A stretch of 64,000 bases of DNA from Oligoflexales bacterium (GCA_050251195.1 JBFWNG010000013.1:15331-79330); one strand, 5' to 3'; counted from the first letter of the stretch, positions 26,267 through 36,507 are shown. The notes: generated by a model not told the origin, from the sequence alone. A program made the numbers and translations.

Positions 26267-27965
26267 CGTCCCCTAACCTCAGGCGCCCATCGTTCATCTC
26301 GTATACTTTTTTGCACATCTTAAGCGTCGATTTTCGATGAGCGACCCACACGACGCTATGGCCGTCAAAATGTTCTCTAATCAAGTCTAACATAAACTCT
26401 TCTGTAATAGCGTCAACCGCGCTAAGGCAATCGTCCAGAAGTAAGATCCTCGGCTTTCGAAGTATGGCGCGGGCGATATTGAGCCTTTGTTTTTGACCTC
26501 CCGAGAGGTTCACGCCCCATTCTCCAATCCAGCTGTCAAGTTGTCCGTCGAATTCCGCGATGTCTTTGTCGACTTGCGCTATTCTCAGCGCGTTCCACAG
26601 ATCGTCATCCGAATAATCCTCGCCCAGAGACAAGTTGTAACGTACAGACCCCGAGAAGATAAAAGGCTTCTGTGAAACGAGCAAAACCAGGCGCGATAAC
26701 AATTCTCTGTTCATTTGACCAATATCGGTGCCGAGTATTCCTATACTTCCTTTGTAGTCTTCAAGGAGGCCGGATATGGCCTTGAGTAATGTCGATTTCC
26801 CGGATCCTATTGGTCCGGTTATGCCAATGAACTCTCCCCGTTCAATGCTCAACGAGACGTTGTCGAGAGCGGGCCCTTTGGCGTCGGGGTAAGTGAAGGA
26901 AAAATTCTGAATATCTAAAGTTTTTGCTGTTGCGTCTGTTTCGCTGAGTTCTTTTAAAGCCGAGGGATCAGGGCGGCCTTTCAGATTAAAAATTTCTGCC
27001 AGACGCCCATAACTAACCAGGCCCGTCTGCCATTCAGAAACGACCTGACCGAGTTCGAATAGCGGATTTTGCAATAAGAGAACGTACGATTGCATCGCCA
27101 CGAATTCGCCAACTGTCACGTCGCCGGCAATGACCTTTTTGATTCCGTAAGTCAACAGCACTACGTAAGCAAAAAGAGTAGGCAATGCTCCAAGCGGAAA
27201 TATTTGCCATTCGGTTCTAAGTACCTCAAAACGTTGATTTGCATAGGCTGTAGCTTCGTTTTTGAGTTTGGTTTGCCAAATGGCTTCGGAGCCAGTGCCT
27301 CGCTGTAGCTTTATGGTATTGATCGCTTGAGCAATTATTTCGGACAATGAAGACAGCTTGTTTTGCGCTTCCTCATGCAATCTTCCTTCCTTTTTTGTAA
27401 GGCGGGTGATCGGGCGAGGTAGAAAGGGCGCCGTGAGCAAACATAGGATGGTTAGCTCTACGTTCATCTGAAGCATCGAGATGACGGCAAGACTCGTGAA
27501 GAAGATAACGTCAAACGTCAGAACCAAGGTGAAACCGTGAATGAACCTTGCGTTTTTCCAATCTCCAATGGCCCTGTTCATGAGGTCGCCGAGAGAATAA
27601 TTTTTGAAAATGGAAATGCTTTGATAGCGGAGAGCGTCCCAGAACTTGCTCTTAAGTTCGTATCCTGCATTGTGGCTCGCACGCGCCAGAGTTTGCCTCC
27701 AGCCAATCCTACCTATGTACGCTACGAAAAGTGCCGCAACCATTCCCAAAAGGATATTGCCGAGCGTTTGTACCTTGTCCGAAGAAACAAAGAAGCTTGG
27801 GACCAGCGTCGACTTATCCGGAAAACTCAGAAAGTCCAGCGACCACTGAATGAATTTTGGAATGAGAATTTCGCTCGAATTCGTAATGAACACGAAGAAA
27901 CCACCCCAAATATATACTTGCCAGTTACGGATGATATATTGGGCAAAAAGAGCTCTAGCTTTCAT
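26247..27965 (-). CDS. ABC transporter permease/ATP-binding protein (type I exporter half)
   Basis: Walker A GPIGSGKST, signature LSGGQKQ, Walker B ILLLDDCLS. Overlaps the partner gene by 20 nt. Confidence 0.9.
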   Translation of the reverse strand: MKARALFAQYIIRNWQVYIWGGFFVFITNSSEILIPKFIQWSLDFLSFPDKSTLVPSFFVSSDKVQTLGNILLGMVAALFVAYIGRIGWRQTLARASHNAGYELKSKFWDALRYQSISIFKNYSLGDLMNRAIGDWKNARFIHGFTLVLTFDVIFFTSLAVISMLQMNVELTILCLLTAPFLPRPITRLTKKEGRLHEEAQNKLSSLSEIIAQAINTIKLQRGTGSEAIWQTKLKNEATAYANQRFEVLRTEWQIFPLGALPTLFAYVVLLTYGIKKVIAGDVTVGEFVAMQSYVLLLQNPLFELGQVVSEWQTGLVSYGRLAEIFNLKGRPDPSALKELSETDATAKTLDIQNFSFTYPDAKGPALDNVSLSIERGEFIGITGPIGSGKSTLLKAISGLLEDYKGSIGILGTDIGQMNRELLSRLVLLVSQKPFIFSGSVRYNLSLGEDYSDDDLWNALRIAQVDKDIAEFDGQLDSWIGEWGVNLSGGQKQRLNIARAILRKPRILLLDDCLSAVDAITEEFMLDLIREHFDGHSVVWVAHRKSTLKMCKKVYEMNDGRLRLGDDERNHQ

Positions 27966-27988
27966 TTACACCATTTCTAGGGCCGCGC

Positions 27989-28795
27989 TTATTCCTGGTT
28001 CGCGGCGCCTGCAAAGAACCCCATTACGTTGTAACCTGCATCAACGTAGTGGACCTCGCCTGTAACTCCGCTCGATAAGTCGCTGAGAAGGTACGCGGTC
28101 GACTTAGCGACTTCTTCAACGGTGACGTTTCGTTGCATGGGAGCCGTCATTGCGTTGATATTCAGCATTTTGCGGAAATCTTTGATCGCAGCGGACGCCA
28201 GCGTCCGGATGGGTCCGGCGCTCAAGGCGTTAATTCTTAAACCGTCTTTTCCAAGGTCCCAAGCGAGATACTTGACTGTCATTTCCAGCGCGGATTTGCA
28301 AAGCCCCATGATATTGTAACCGGGTATGACTTTTTCGCCGCCGTAGTAGGACATCGTGCAAACGGAACCGCCCTTGTTCATGAGTGGCTGAGCCGCTCGC
28401 GTTGCGTTGATGAGACTGTAAACGCTGATGTCCATCGCTTTGAGGAAACCTTCTTTGGATACGTCTATTGTAGCAGACCTTAAATCTTGTGTGGGAGCAA
28501 AAGCGATCGCATGCACCAGAAAATCAATCGTGCCGAAAGCTTCTTTAACTTGCTTAAAAAACGCGGCAACGTCTTCGGTGTTGCTTACGTCACAGGGGAT
28601 GAGAAGTTTCGAACCCAAAGGTTCTACAATTTTTCTCACGCGATCTTCGTAACGATGGCCCTCGTCCTTGTCGGGAAGAAAACTGAACCCCAGAGTCGCA
28701 CCCTCGTCAGCCAAGAATTTTGCCACGTGCGTCGCAATGGATCTCTCATTTGCCACGCCCATAATGATTCCGGTCTTACCAGTAAACAGTCCCAT
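27989..28795 (-). CDS. fabI: Enoyl-[acyl-carrier-protein] reductase (NADH) FabI
   Basis: GKTGIIMGVANERSIA nucleotide-binding motif and full-length FabI similarity. I prefer ATG at 28795 (GAGGAAA RBS) over the track start at 28867. Confidence 0.9.
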   Translation of the reverse strand: MGLFTGKTGIIMGVANERSIATHVAKFLADEGATLGFSFLPDKDEGHRYEDRVRKIVEPLGSKLLIPCDVSNTEDVAAFFKQVKEAFGTIDFLVHAIAFAPTQDLRSATIDVSKEGFLKAMDISVYSLINATRAAQPLMNKGGSVCTMSYYGGEKVIPGYNIMGLCKSALEMTVKYLAWDLGKDGLRINALSAGPIRTLASAAIKDFRKMLNINAMTAPMQRNVTVEEVAKSTAYLLSDLSSGVTGEVHYVDAGYNVMGFFAGAANQE

Positions 28796-28953
28796 ATTGT
28801 TTTCCTCTGTTAACTTAATAATATATTTAGAGAAACTTGTTTTAGCATCTTTGCCCTGAGGGAACAAGGTTTAAAGCCCCAGTGCGGGACCCCGAAAAAA
28901 CAGGGATAACGAGGCGTAAAATTTGCGAAATTTGATTCTTAAGAAGAGTGTAT

Positions 28954-29412
28954 TTATGGGCTGGGCGAACGGTTCTCAGTCTTTTCCTCGAAATTTCTAA
29001 TGTAGGCGACAAGTCCCTTGAGTTGCGGGTCAAACGTCTTGCCCCAAATAGGCATGTTAGGGCTTAGGCCGTGGGCGGCCCCACCTTCTCTAATCACAGA
29101 TGCAATCCGCTCGTCGGACGTTTCCTTCTGCCACGCCCCATCTGTAAAATTTCTCGGTTTTACTGAAAGAGTTTTCACTTCTGGCCCGTCACCCTTGCCA
29201 GTGGCTCCGTGACATCGCGCACAGTAATGGGCGTAGAGAGCTGGAGGATCAAGTTCTTCTACTTCTTCTTTTGTTTCGGAGGTTACGTTCTCCGGCAGTG
29301 GGATTGTGGAACCGGAGGTTTGAGTGCCGGAGTCCCCGCTGCGTTTGGATTTAAAGAGGTCGCAGCTACCGATAAATGCAGTAAGAAAGATAAGGATAAA
29401 CAAGTGCCGCAT
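28954..29412 (-). CDS. Monohaem c-type cytochrome lipoprotein
   Basis: CARCH haem motif with a distal PNMPIWG. I prefer ATG at 29412 (GGGGAGG RBS), which gives MRHLFILIFLTAFIGSC with a lipobox. Confidence 0.75.
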   Translation of the reverse strand: MRHLFILIFLTAFIGSCDLFKSKRSGDSGTQTSGSTIPLPENVTSETKEEVEELDPPALYAHYCARCHGATGKGDGPEVKTLSVKPRNFTDGAWQKETSDERIASVIREGGAAHGLSPNMPIWGKTFDPQLKGLVAYIRNFEEKTENRSPSP

Positions 29413-29500
29413 GACCGAACCTCCCCGCAATAGTGTGTTGCAATAGGGGCTCCAACTTTCGCCCATCCTTTAAATTCTAAGCCGTTTCATTGTCGCCTTT

Positions 29501-29515
29501 TTAGACAGTGTCTAA
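29501..29515. promoter_or_regulatory. Perfect palindrome TTAGACAgTGTCTAA in a divergent intergenic region (possible operator)
   Basis: 7-bp arms around a single central base, between the cytochrome c gene (-) and the TPR gene (+). Confidence 0.25.
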
Positions 29516-29676
29516 GCTTTTGACAGAAGAGTTGGCTCATCGGCCATCGCAACCGACGGGAACTTCGGTCGTTTTTCGTCGAGGTCATCAGCGTATTTCT
29601 TGCACAGATGGGGTTGCCAGTGTCCCCAATGGTGAAGTGTGTTCTATGGGATGCGGGTAGGAAAGTCTGTTGATCG

Positions 29677-32600
29677 TTGTTGCGAAGAACGGTTGTAGGG
29701 AGTTGGACAGTGCGTTGGAATGACTTCAAATGTGTGGTTTTGGTTGTCGGTGCTTGCTTTGTTAGTAATGCTGATGTTTTTGCCGAATCGCTGAAGCCGG
29801 TAATCCCTCTTCAAGAAAGATTGGATGACCGCCTCTACTGGGAGCTAGCGCTTCGAGATCCGGGGGTTGCGTCGTCTCTCATTAGTGACGACCTATATTT
29901 TGAACAGCTCGCCGGCGAGATCAATCAACTCATTTCAGAAACTCGCCAAACTAAGGGCGTAAGCAAAGAAGATGCGCTCAAGAGTATCTACGAAAAATTT
30001 CTTTTGATGACTTACTTTCAAGAGGACGTTTTGATGGGCAGGGTGGTTACCGGCCTTCAAAAAACTAAGATTGCCTCTAGTCTTTCAGAAACACGCAAGA
30101 ACGTTGTGCGGTATGCCAAAGCTCATCTGGAAGTAACTAAAAACAAATCTTTCCAAGCTTCTGCCCGCTACCATATTGCAACCCAGTCTTATCTCCTTGG
30201 CAGCAAGCGAGACCACTGGTTGAAGTATCTAGACGAAACAAGGAATCTTAATGGAGCGTTGCTGCGCCGTTCACGCTTTTTGGTAACAGCTCACAACGTT
30301 CTCAATAAGAACGATGAAAAAGCTCGAACGGAACTCGCCCGCATTTCAGCATCCCTCACCACCGAGGGAACCATTGCGGCGCAACTTGTGGTCGCTCGCT
30401 CGTTCGGAGGCCTGAACAGAAACGGCAAGAAAGCCGGAAAGACTAGCGACAAATATCGTGCTTCCCTAAATGCAGCCGTGAACAAGTCTCGAAAACTGTC
30501 GGAAGGCGAGGCGGAAGTTATTCTAACGAATGCCATCACGGTCTGGAAGCGTGCTGAGGGCAAAAACCAAAACTGGTCGAAGCCCCCATTCGCACTTAAT
30601 GGTGCGAAAAAGTCTAATCAAACGCTTGCCATCCTCGAAAGGTCCGCGATACAGGATTACGCAGACGGCAACCTCGGCCCGGCAATCAAGAAATATAAAG
30701 CGTTGAGCAAACAGGTTGATGACGCGGCATTGGCATATACCATGGACCAAAGAGTCGTCTCAATTCATCAAGCGCAATTCCAAAAAACAAAAGAACCAAA
30801 AGGGTATGAAACTGTCCTCGTCGAGATGGTTGGTAAGTACAACGATCTTTTTGTGGCGAAGTCGATCGACGAATCTATTTCTGGTCGGGCTAAGCAACAT
30901 TTCGAAACAAAGTATAAGCAGTTCGTGAACGGCTTTGTTGTCGCCGCATTGAAGTCGTCTGCAAGCCGCAAAGAACGCATGCAGGCAATCAAAATCGCGG
31001 GACGATACAAAGACAGTGTTTCCGATCAGGCCGAAAAAGACAAAGTCGACTTGAGCATTGCAAAGATATTTGCGGTCGACGGTCAACATGGTGAAGCTGT
31101 GGCGATATTGAGAGATCTAATCCAAAGATCGCAAGGACCGGAAGTCGTCACATACACCCAATTGGCAATCAAGTCGCAAAGCGTCGTTGCGGATTGGCCT
31201 GAAACGGCTCCATGGGCCGGAGTTAGCACCGGTAATGCCCAAGAAAGAACGGAACTTGTAACTTTCTACGAAAAGCTCAACGAAGTGAATCCCTCCTGGG
31301 CAAGCATAGCGCAAATGGGGCTTTTGAAGCTCAACCTTGGTTTTAAAGACGAAGCTTTCAAACTTTGGACGGCGTCACTCGAAAAAGACTCTGCGAACAA
31401 GCATGCCCAACAAGCCGCCGGTTACATGATGATCTCTTATTATGACGGCAAACAATGGGATGAGTTGGAAAAATTTGCGGATTTGAACTTGAAAAACAAT
31501 ATCAAGCCTATGCGTCTTCAGAAAAGCTTGAATCCTCGAACCTATCTTGGTCATGCGCTGTTCAATGGTGGAAAGAAACACTTTGAAGAGAAGAATTTTA
31601 CGGAAGCAAAGACTAAATTCGAACGCTTCCGAGCGGAGTTTGCGTCTGACAGCAGAATGGACGAAGCGACCTACCTGCTAGCGCATTGCTATCACGAAGT
31701 GGCAGAACATGAAAAATCAATCGAAACACTTATGGTATTGGTGCAGAAATACCCAAATACTAAGTTCATGCGTCCTGCTTTGTTAAACGGCGGAGAGTGG
31801 TCTATCCCAATGGCTTATGAAGAGCAGGCGATGTTTTTTCTTAAGCGATTTGTCGTGCAGTTCCCTAAAGATAAAGTTGTTGAAAACGTAAAAGACACCC
31901 TGATTCCTCTGCTGGCTGGCCGTGAACTATACGGCGATATTTCTCGTGTGCAATACGAACGGTCTGAATCAAAGTCGTTGGACGCCGATGCGCGCGCTAA
32001 AGCGGCATTCGAACTTATGAAGTTGGAAGAAAGATTTGGCGACAAGAGCATTGCGGAAAAGGCTGCAAAAAAAATCGTGAGCAACAAGAATTCTTCAGCA
32101 TCGGCGCGGTCGCAGGCACTGATCTTTGAAGCGAAAAACCTTTACATGAATAACGTAGCCAAACTACGTCAAGTCGAGCAAGAAATCGCGTCTCTCGATT
32201 TGACAAATGCCGACGTTATGGAGAGTTTGGCCGAAGTCCGGTTTATCTTGGCGCAGAAGAGCGCATATCAAGTGAAAGAAGAAGTGTTTAACCTGGGTCT
32301 TAAGGATCCAGCAGCTGAGCTTAGCAACCAGCATAAGGCTTTCTTGGCGAGCTATAACAGTTTCAAGAAAGTATGTGAGACAGGACAAAACAGTTTTTGC
32401 GTTCCAGCACTCTTGAAAATTTCCGAAATGACTGAGCAGGCCGTTGCTGTAATGGAAGAGCTGACGATTCCGGAAAGTTTGGACGCCAAGTCGGTTGCAG
32501 CGTTTAATACCCATAAAGAACAATTTCTCGATGAGCTTGCGCAGATCACGCAGCAAGCAGATGGGCAGTCAGTGGATTCTGTAGCCCAAGGGTCAACGAC

Positions 32601-32739
32601 GCCTGAATGGGTGTCGCGGGTAAACTGGACGAACAACAGCGATTGGTTCTTTAACGAAAGTGAAAACGAAACCGGAAATAGTTTTATTCAATGGACAACA
32701 GAAGAAAGTCACGATGGAGCGGAAGATGATCAACAATAA
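29677..32739 (+). CDS. Large secreted TPR-like repeat protein
   Basis: Helical repeat composition with YbgF/BamD-like TPR segments (FTEAKTKFERFRAEF...ATYLLAHCYHEVAEHEKSIETLMVLVQKYPNTKF). The likely start is GTG at 29710, after AGGGAG. Confidence 0.7.
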   Translation: MLRRTVVGSWTVRWNDFKCVVLVVGACFVSNADVFAESLKPVIPLQERLDDRLYWELALRDPGVASSLISDDLYFEQLAGEINQLISETRQTKGVSKEDALKSIYEKFLLMTYFQEDVLMGRVVTGLQKTKIASSLSETRKNVVRYAKAHLEVTKNKSFQASARYHIATQSYLLGSKRDHWLKYLDETRNLNGALLRRSRFLVTAHNVLNKNDEKARTELARISASLTTEGTIAAQLVVARSFGGLNRNGKKAGKTSDKYRASLNAAVNKSRKLSEGEAEVILTNAITVWKRAEGKNQNWSKPPFALNGAKKSNQTLAILERSAIQDYADGNLGPAIKKYKALSKQVDDAALAYTMDQRVVSIHQAQFQKTKEPKGYETVLVEMVGKYNDLFVAKSIDESISGRAKQHFETKYKQFVNGFVVAALKSSASRKERMQAIKIAGRYKDSVSDQAEKDKVDLSIAKIFAVDGQHGEAVAILRDLIQRSQGPEVVTYTQLAIKSQSVVADWPETAPWAGVSTGNAQERTELVTFYEKLNEVNPSWASIAQMGLLKLNLGFKDEAFKLWTASLEKDSANKHAQQAAGYMMISYYDGKQWDELEKFADLNLKNNIKPMRLQKSLNPRTYLGHALFNGGKKHFEEKNFTEAKTKFERFRAEFASDSRMDEATYLLAHCYHEVAEHEKSIETLMVLVQKYPNTKFMRPALLNGGEWSIPMAYEEQAMFFLKRFVVQFPKDKVVENVKDTLIPLLAGRELYGDISRVQYERSESKSLDADARAKAAFELMKLEERFGDKSIAEKAAKKIVSNKNSSASARSQALIFEAKNLYMNNVAKLRQVEQEIASLDLTNADVMESLAEVRFILAQKSAYQVKEEVFNLGLKDPAAELSNQHKAFLASYNSFKKVCETGQNSFCVPALLKISEMTEQAVAVMEELTIPESLDAKSVAAFNTHKEQFLDELAQITQQADGQSVDSVAQGSTTPEWVSRVNWTNNSDWFFNESENETGNSFIQWTTEESHDGAEDDQQ

Positions 32740-33682
32740 ACAAACAAAACTAGCGGCGACTCTGGTGCTAGGTGCGTCCCTACTGACAGGTTGTACGCTC
32801 TTTGGCGGCAAGAACGCGAACGAAGTGGTCGTGGCAGGTTCAAAGCCACAGACGATTGTCCAACATGTTGGGCACGACAAGCCAGTTATTTCAAAGCTTG
32901 ATCGGGACAGCTGGGTGGAGATTCGCAAGTCTTCGGACAATGCAGTCAAGAAAATGTATGCGGCACTTGGCGCAAGAGAGTGGAACGTAGCGATCACAGA
33001 CGCTCGTGCTTATCTTGCAAAGAAGCCAAAAGACTTTGACGCCCTCACCGTGCTGGCCGTCGGTTTGGCCATGGATAAGCAGTTGTCGCTTGCGAGCTAC
33101 TATGCCAATCTAATCGAGAAGTTTTACGGCGACAATGCACACGTTAAGAATATTCGAGGTATCGCCGTTTATTACGCTCCGAACGTAACGATCCAAGATT
33201 ATCGCCAAGCCATGGAACTCTTCCGCCAAGCCTTTGATATGGACAGCAATCAAATTGCTGCCGGATTAAATCTTGGTCACGTTTATCTGAAGATGAACAA
33301 CTTCCAACAAGCCGCTGAGACCTTTCAAGCCACTGAGCAACGCTGCAATTGCGAACCAGCGCTTATTGGCTACGGCTTGGCAACGGCACGCCTTGGACAG
33401 TACAAAGAATCCAAACTGGCGTTCGAGAAGGTTTTAGACATTAACCCTGACAGCTCTTTGGCTCTTTACAGACTTGCTCTTATCGAGAAAGACGTTAATA
33501 AAGACTGGAGCAAAGCAAAACGCCATTTAGAGAAGCTTCTTGCCGCTCCTTCGGAGACGAACCTAGACATCAAACGCAGGGCAAATTTTCTTCTTCAAAG
33601 CATTGAGGCTCGAAAACTTGCTGACGACAATAACGAAGAAGATATAAAGCCAACGAAGACGACGTTGGAGTCGAACGAGTAA
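32726..33682 (+). CDS. TPR repeat lipoprotein
   Basis: Lipobox LLTGC and TPR motifs (LNLGHVYLKMNNFQQAAETFQ..., YRLALIEKD). I prefer ATG at 32726 (GGAG 6 nt upstream). The track start at 32660 overlaps the upstream gene by 80 nt. Confidence 0.75.
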   Translation: MINNKQTKLAATLVLGASLLTGCTLFGGKNANEVVVAGSKPQTIVQHVGHDKPVISKLDRDSWVEIRKSSDNAVKKMYAALGAREWNVAITDARAYLAKKPKDFDALTVLAVGLAMDKQLSLASYYANLIEKFYGDNAHVKNIRGIAVYYAPNVTIQDYRQAMELFRQAFDMDSNQIAAGLNLGHVYLKMNNFQQAAETFQATEQRCNCEPALIGYGLATARLGQYKESKLAFEKVLDINPDSSLALYRLALIEKDVNKDWSKAKRHLEKLLAAPSETNLDIKRRANFLLQSIEARKLADDNNEEDIKPTKTTLESNE

Positions 33683-33721
33683 TCGCAAAGAACGTCAATG
33701 GATTATTCTTCCGCGTTTCCA

Positions 33722-33832
33722 AACTTCCGCGCCTCCGCGATCAAAACGGTAAAAACCGGCCACGTGGGTAACGCTGATGGCTGGAGATATAGGTAACGAA
33801 TTATACCGCTTGAACGCGGAGGCGCGGAAGTT
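33722..33832. repeat. Long imperfect inverted repeat (family B core AACTTCCGCGCCTCCGCG), about 30-bp arms and about 46-nt loop
   Basis: 33722-33739 is the exact reverse complement of 33815-33832. The arms extend imperfectly to about 33754 and 33801. A single-arm copy lies at 48509-48551. Confidence 0.75.
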
Positions 33833-33866
33833 AGCGCCCTTTGCGGTTAAATATCTTTGCCATTTT

Positions 33867-33875
33867 TGCTATAGT
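33867..33875 (+). promoter_or_regulatory. Extended -10 promoter element TGCTATAGT upstream of the 33908 gene
   Basis: TGnTATAGT lies about 33 nt before the ATG and AGGAGG lies 7 nt before the ATG. There is no good -35 element. Confidence 0.4.
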
Positions 33876-33907
33876 AGTCAGATACTCTTTAGGACTAGGA
33901 GGCTACT

Positions 33908-34630
33908 ATGGCTCGACGGCTGACCATTGTTTTTTTGTTTTTCTTTTCACCTGTAGCCTTCGGCGGTGATTCCTCCCTAGTCAACCTGCTTTCCGCTTTT
34001 CTCTATAACCAGGTGAAAATATACGAATTCGTGGGTAAAAAGGATTCAGATTCCGCTAATTTTGTCCTTAATAGGGCAGTCGCTTTTAATCAATTCATGC
34101 AGCTCCCTAAGTTCCCGACGGGGTTCAAAAGGGACGTGAGAACGGACAAACGGGCTCCCGAAAGGTTTATGAAGAATCTTGTCGATCCTAAGGAACTTGC
34201 GTTTGTTCAAGAGACATACCTCCGCGCAAACCCCAAAGAATGTCAAGATAGTGATGGACTTGCGGCCATATCGCTTTTTGATAACCGTCAAGCTCGGCTC
34301 TCTTATATTGTTGACCCAAAAGAAAGGGTTAAGCTAGAATGCCTGGCTTTAGCGCCGTTCTTGCAAGACAAGAATTTCAAAGATCTTTCCCTTGCCGACA
34401 AAGTTCAGTTTTTGGCGGATTGGGAGAAGAAGGGCAGTATATCAAGTGAGGCGGCACAACTTGCGAAAGCAGCGCTTTTTGTAGCGCATCATAAGTTCTC
34501 GGCGGCACTGAACGGTCTCTTTGACCTTCAAACTAAAGACAGCAAATACGTTATTATGTACGACGTCACGCAGAGAGCCTATAGCTACATGGAACACGGA
34601 AAGGGCAATGTTGCCCTAAAAGGTTTGTAA
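33908..34630 (+). CDS. Hypothetical secreted protein
   Basis: Signal peptide (FFFSPVAFGG) and a strong RBS. No recognisable motif. Confidence 0.6.
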   Translation: MARRLTIVFLFFFSPVAFGGDSSLVNLLSAFLYNQVKIYEFVGKKDSDSANFVLNRAVAFNQFMQLPKFPTGFKRDVRTDKRAPERFMKNLVDPKELAFVQETYLRANPKECQDSDGLAAISLFDNRQARLSYIVDPKERVKLECLALAPFLQDKNFKDLSLADKVQFLADWEKKGSISSEAAQLAKAALFVAHHKFSAALNGLFDLQTKDSKYVIMYDVTQRAYSYMEHGKGNVALKGL

Positions 34631-34639
34631 GGAACATAG

Positions 34640-36502
34640 GTGAACAGAACAGATATTAGAGACGTTCTCAGGAATAAGATTCCACTTTTGTTTGATGGTG
34701 CGACAGGTACCGAGCTTTACAATAAGGGCATTTTCATCAACAAATGCTTTGAAGAAGCAAACCTCTACAACACGCATATGGTGGCGGAGCTTCATAACGA
34801 CTACGTTAAAGCCGGTGCGGAAGTTTTGGAGTCCAACACTTGGGGCGCAAACAGATTTAAGCTAGCTAAGCACAATCTTCAGGATAAAACCTACGAAATA
34901 AATAAGGCTGGCGCTTCGATAGCCCGTCAAGCGGCCGGCGCCGAAGCATACGTTGCCGGCTCCGTCGGTCCTCTTGGTGTGCGAATTGAACCGTGGGGAC
35001 CTACCTCGTTCGATGAAGCCATCCAGGCGTTTACCGAACAAATGCAAGGCCTGATTGACGGCGGAATCGATATCTTTAGTTTGCAAACGTTCTCGGATAT
35101 TTCCGAGCTTCAGCAGGCGATCAAGGCTGCTCGGAATGTGTCAAAGGACACACCGATTTTCGCGCAGGTTTCTATCAACCTTGACGGCAATCTGCCGTTA
35201 GGTACTCCGCTGAAATGGGCGATACAAAAGATGGACGAATGGGGCGTGGACGTTATCGGTCTCAATTGCTCCATCGGCCCGCAACCGATGTTTAGCCGAA
35301 TCGCGACAATAAAGGGGCTCACGACCAAGCCCATTGTTATGCAACCAAACGCTGGCTTGCCAAAGGAAGTGGAAGGTCGGACGATCTACATGTGTACTCC
35401 GGAATACATGGGAGAGTTTACGAAGAACTTTTTGCAAGAAGGCGTCCAGTTTGTCGGTGGTTGCTGCGGTACTTCGCCGGAACATGTGAAAGCAATGGCA
35501 AAAGCGTTTCGACACTATCGCTCGACAATGCATATCGAACAACCGCTCACGCGCATCTATGCGACGCCAACAGAGGAGAAGAAGCCGGATGTTGCGAAGG
35601 TGCCATTCCGGGAAAAGTCTATGTGGTCGCAAAAGATCGCAGACGGCGAGAGCGTGTTCTCAGTTGAGCTATTGCCTCCAGCGGGCGTCGATTTCACCGA
35701 TATTTTGGCGAAATCAAAGGCGCTGAAACAAGCTGGCGTTGATGCGATAAATATTCCCGACGGACCGCGCGCCGGCGCGCGCATGAGTGCCATTCTCACC
35801 TCGGTAATCATCGAACAGCAAGCTGGTATTGAAACCGTTCTTCACTACACCTGCCGCGATAGAAACTTGCTTGGCATGCAGTCCGATATGTTGGGTGCGC
35901 AAGCAATCGGTCTTCGCAATATGCTGTTAATAACAGGCGATCCGCCTAAAATGGGAAGTTATCCTGACGCTACGGGCGTCTTCGACATCGACGCCATTGG
36001 CCTCGTGAACATGGTTCGTCAGCTAAACTCAGGTGTTGATCTCGGTGGACGGCCGATAGGCAAGCCTACATCCATGTCTATTGGAGTCGGCGTCAATCCC
36101 GTTCATCAAAACTTCGAATATGAGATGAAGCGCTTTTGCTACAAAGTCGAGGCTGGCGCCGAATGGGCGATTACCCAGCCGGTATTCGATGTCGCAGCGC
36201 TCTACAAATTTATTGACTATATTGAAAAGCATAATGTTCGAATTCCGATTATTGCAGGCATATGGCCCCTCTTAAGCTTTCGCAACGCCCAGTTCATGAA
36301 CAACGAGGTACCCGGCGTCGTCATCCCTAAGGAGATAATGGCGCAAATGGCGGAGCCGCAAACACCGGAAGAAGCGCGACAGACAGGAGTTCGCATCGCC
36401 CGCAAAATGTCAGAGGAACTTAAGGGCGTTGTGCAAGGAATACAAGTCTCCGCGCCGTTCGGTAGGATCGACCTCGCGTTGCAAGTGGCGGGACGCAACT
36501 AA
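34640..36502 (+). CDS. yitJ: Bifunctional homocysteine S-methyltransferase / 5,10-methylenetetrahydrofolate reductase (YitJ-like)
   Basis: The N-terminal domain (FDGATGTELY, GLNCSIGP, GGCCGTSPEH) is the Hcy-binding methyltransferase domain. The C-terminal half (FSVELLPP...) is MetF-like. GTG start. Confidence 0.85.
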   Translation: MNRTDIRDVLRNKIPLLFDGATGTELYNKGIFINKCFEEANLYNTHMVAELHNDYVKAGAEVLESNTWGANRFKLAKHNLQDKTYEINKAGASIARQAAGAEAYVAGSVGPLGVRIEPWGPTSFDEAIQAFTEQMQGLIDGGIDIFSLQTFSDISELQQAIKAARNVSKDTPIFAQVSINLDGNLPLGTPLKWAIQKMDEWGVDVIGLNCSIGPQPMFSRIATIKGLTTKPIVMQPNAGLPKEVEGRTIYMCTPEYMGEFTKNFLQEGVQFVGGCCGTSPEHVKAMAKAFRHYRSTMHIEQPLTRIYATPTEEKKPDVAKVPFREKSMWSQKIADGESVFSVELLPPAGVDFTDILAKSKALKQAGVDAINIPDGPRAGARMSAILTSVIIEQQAGIETVLHYTCRDRNLLGMQSDMLGAQAIGLRNMLLITGDPPKMGSYPDATGVFDIDAIGLVNMVRQLNSGVDLGGRPIGKPTSMSIGVGVNPVHQNFEYEMKRFCYKVEAGAEWAITQPVFDVAALYKFIDYIEKHNVRIPIIAGIWPLLSFRNAQFMNNEVPGVVIPKEIMAQMAEPQTPEEARQTGVRIARKMSEELKGVVQGIQVSAPFGRIDLALQVAGRN

Positions 36503-36507
36503 AACCC

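Noticed and set aside
33682-33908. SAM (S-box) or cobalamin riboswitch upstream of the yitJ-like gene cluster.
   Set aside because: I could not find the S-box core or a B12 box. The structure present is a simple long inverted repeat that shares sequence with a repeat at 48509-48551.
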